From Octopus vulgaris (taxonomy: Eukaryota): a stretch of DNA of 64,000 nucleotides. Both the position numbers and the translations under genes were made by a program. The DNA is taken from positions 37,200,001-37,264,000 of the forward strand of contig OX597837.1 of NCBI GenBank assembly GCA_951406725.2, given 5' to 3'. Below, in pieces: positions 62,966-64,000 of this stretch (position 1 is the first letter of the stretch; each line of letters starts with the position of its first letter). The notes below the pieces were generated by a model. That model saw only the letters and a list, made by a program, of their open reading frames with translations. It had not been told where the DNA came from and searched no databases.

Positions 62966-63822
62966 ACATAGAGGGTGGGTGGAAAGTAACTGGGCATTAA
63001 AAATTGCTAAAAGAATTCTTAGCATCACTGAAGTCATGACGAAAACAGGGATTTCTTATTTTCTTGTCTTATTTCTTCTTATTTTCCAGATGGCTGGTTG
63101 CTTGACTATTCTGGAGCAAGCTAAGATAGCAGCACGCTTTGAAGTGTGGAATTCCATTGCTTTGGTTTAGAGATGGTGGCATGCATGGAACGGTAAGCAT
63201 GCAACGCTAAGTCCAGAGACAATATAAAGTTGTCATGCAAAGCTGATGACCACAGGCTCCGAACAATGCAAAAAGAAATGGCCGTCCAACCACATCCCAA
63301 TCAGCGGAGAATGTGGTGACAGTGCAGGAAATTTTTAATCGCAGCCCACAAAAATCAAGATGTTAAGCAATTTGTGGACGTGGACTAACAAGACACACAA
63401 TACGTACGGTTTTGTATAAAGAATTGAATTTCCGTCTGTGGAAACTTCATTACATGCAGGAACTAAAACCTGAAGACTGTGACCGCAGAAGTCCAGAACT
63501 CCAAGAAGTCTAGATCTCGCTCCATGTGATTTTTTACCTGTGGGGTTACAGAAGAGAGGAGGTGTACAAGACAAAAACTCGCACACTGGAGGACTTGGAG
63601 ACACAGATTCAGGAGGTTCTCAATGATATCCCAGACAATGTCCTTCAGAAGGTTGTTCGTTCCATCCTTGGCCCTTTGAGGAAACTGGTCAACACCACAG
63701 GTATTTATGTTGAAATATGAAGATTTACTTTCATTTTCCCATGTAATAAAGAACATGTATCGTTTGTTTCAATAAATTTGTAAAAGCAATACGGATTTTG
63801 TTACCAATTTTTGATGCCTATA
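62966..63822 (+). mobile_element. Decayed Tc1/mariner-superfamily transposon
   Basis: MAGCLTILEQAKIAARFEVWNS (N-terminal HTH), SLDLAPCDF.LWGY..EEVYKTKTRTLEDLETQI (SPDL/CDFFLWG-like motif); frameshifted, termini diverged. Confidence 0.75.
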
Positions 63823-64000
63823 CATCTCTCATTACTCTTTTACTTGTTTCAGTCATTTGACTGTGGCCTTGCTGGAGCACCACCTTTAGTCAAGGAAATC
63901 GACCCCAGGGCTTATTCTTTGTGAGCCTAGTACTTATTCTATCGGTCTCTTTTGCCGAACCGCTAAGTTACAGGGACATAAACACACCAGCATTGGTTGA

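Noticed and set aside
55200-64000. N-terminal exons of the C12orf56-like gene
   Set aside because: No segment with suitable splice sites and the expected N-terminal motifs was found by eye; they probably lie beyond the window.

Overview
AT-rich, microsatellite- and SINE-saturated animal DNA. The repeat families and microsatellite density suggest an octopus or other coleoid cephalopod; this is an inference, not a database result. Two convergent protein-coding genes are supported. (1) The large terminal exon (4573-5814, +) of a tamozhennic/SPATA2-like gene, with the end of a PUB-like domain and two RanBP2-type zinc fingers. (2) Ten phase-consistent exons (55146 down to 26496, -; 1680 nt, 559 aa plus stop) of a C12orf56/DUF4551-like gene; its 5' exons were not found in the window. 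Nearly everything else is transposon-derived or simple repeat: at least four SINE families, RTE/CR1/Dong-R4 LINE fragments, an LTR-retrotransposon fragment, Tc1/mariner relics, piggyBac-type MITEs, non-autonomous Helitrons and minisatellites. Most ORFs in the track are artefacts of microsatellites and SINEs. The most interesting unannotated signals are: several Penelope-type minimal hammerhead ribozyme candidates (best at 39472-39552 + and 3389-3469 -); a GGTA junction rule that could explain both insertion and tandem self-duplication of one SINE family; modular domain swapping among SINEs; and intronic inverted repeats that could form dsRNA. All family and homology assignments are from memory of motifs; no searches were run.
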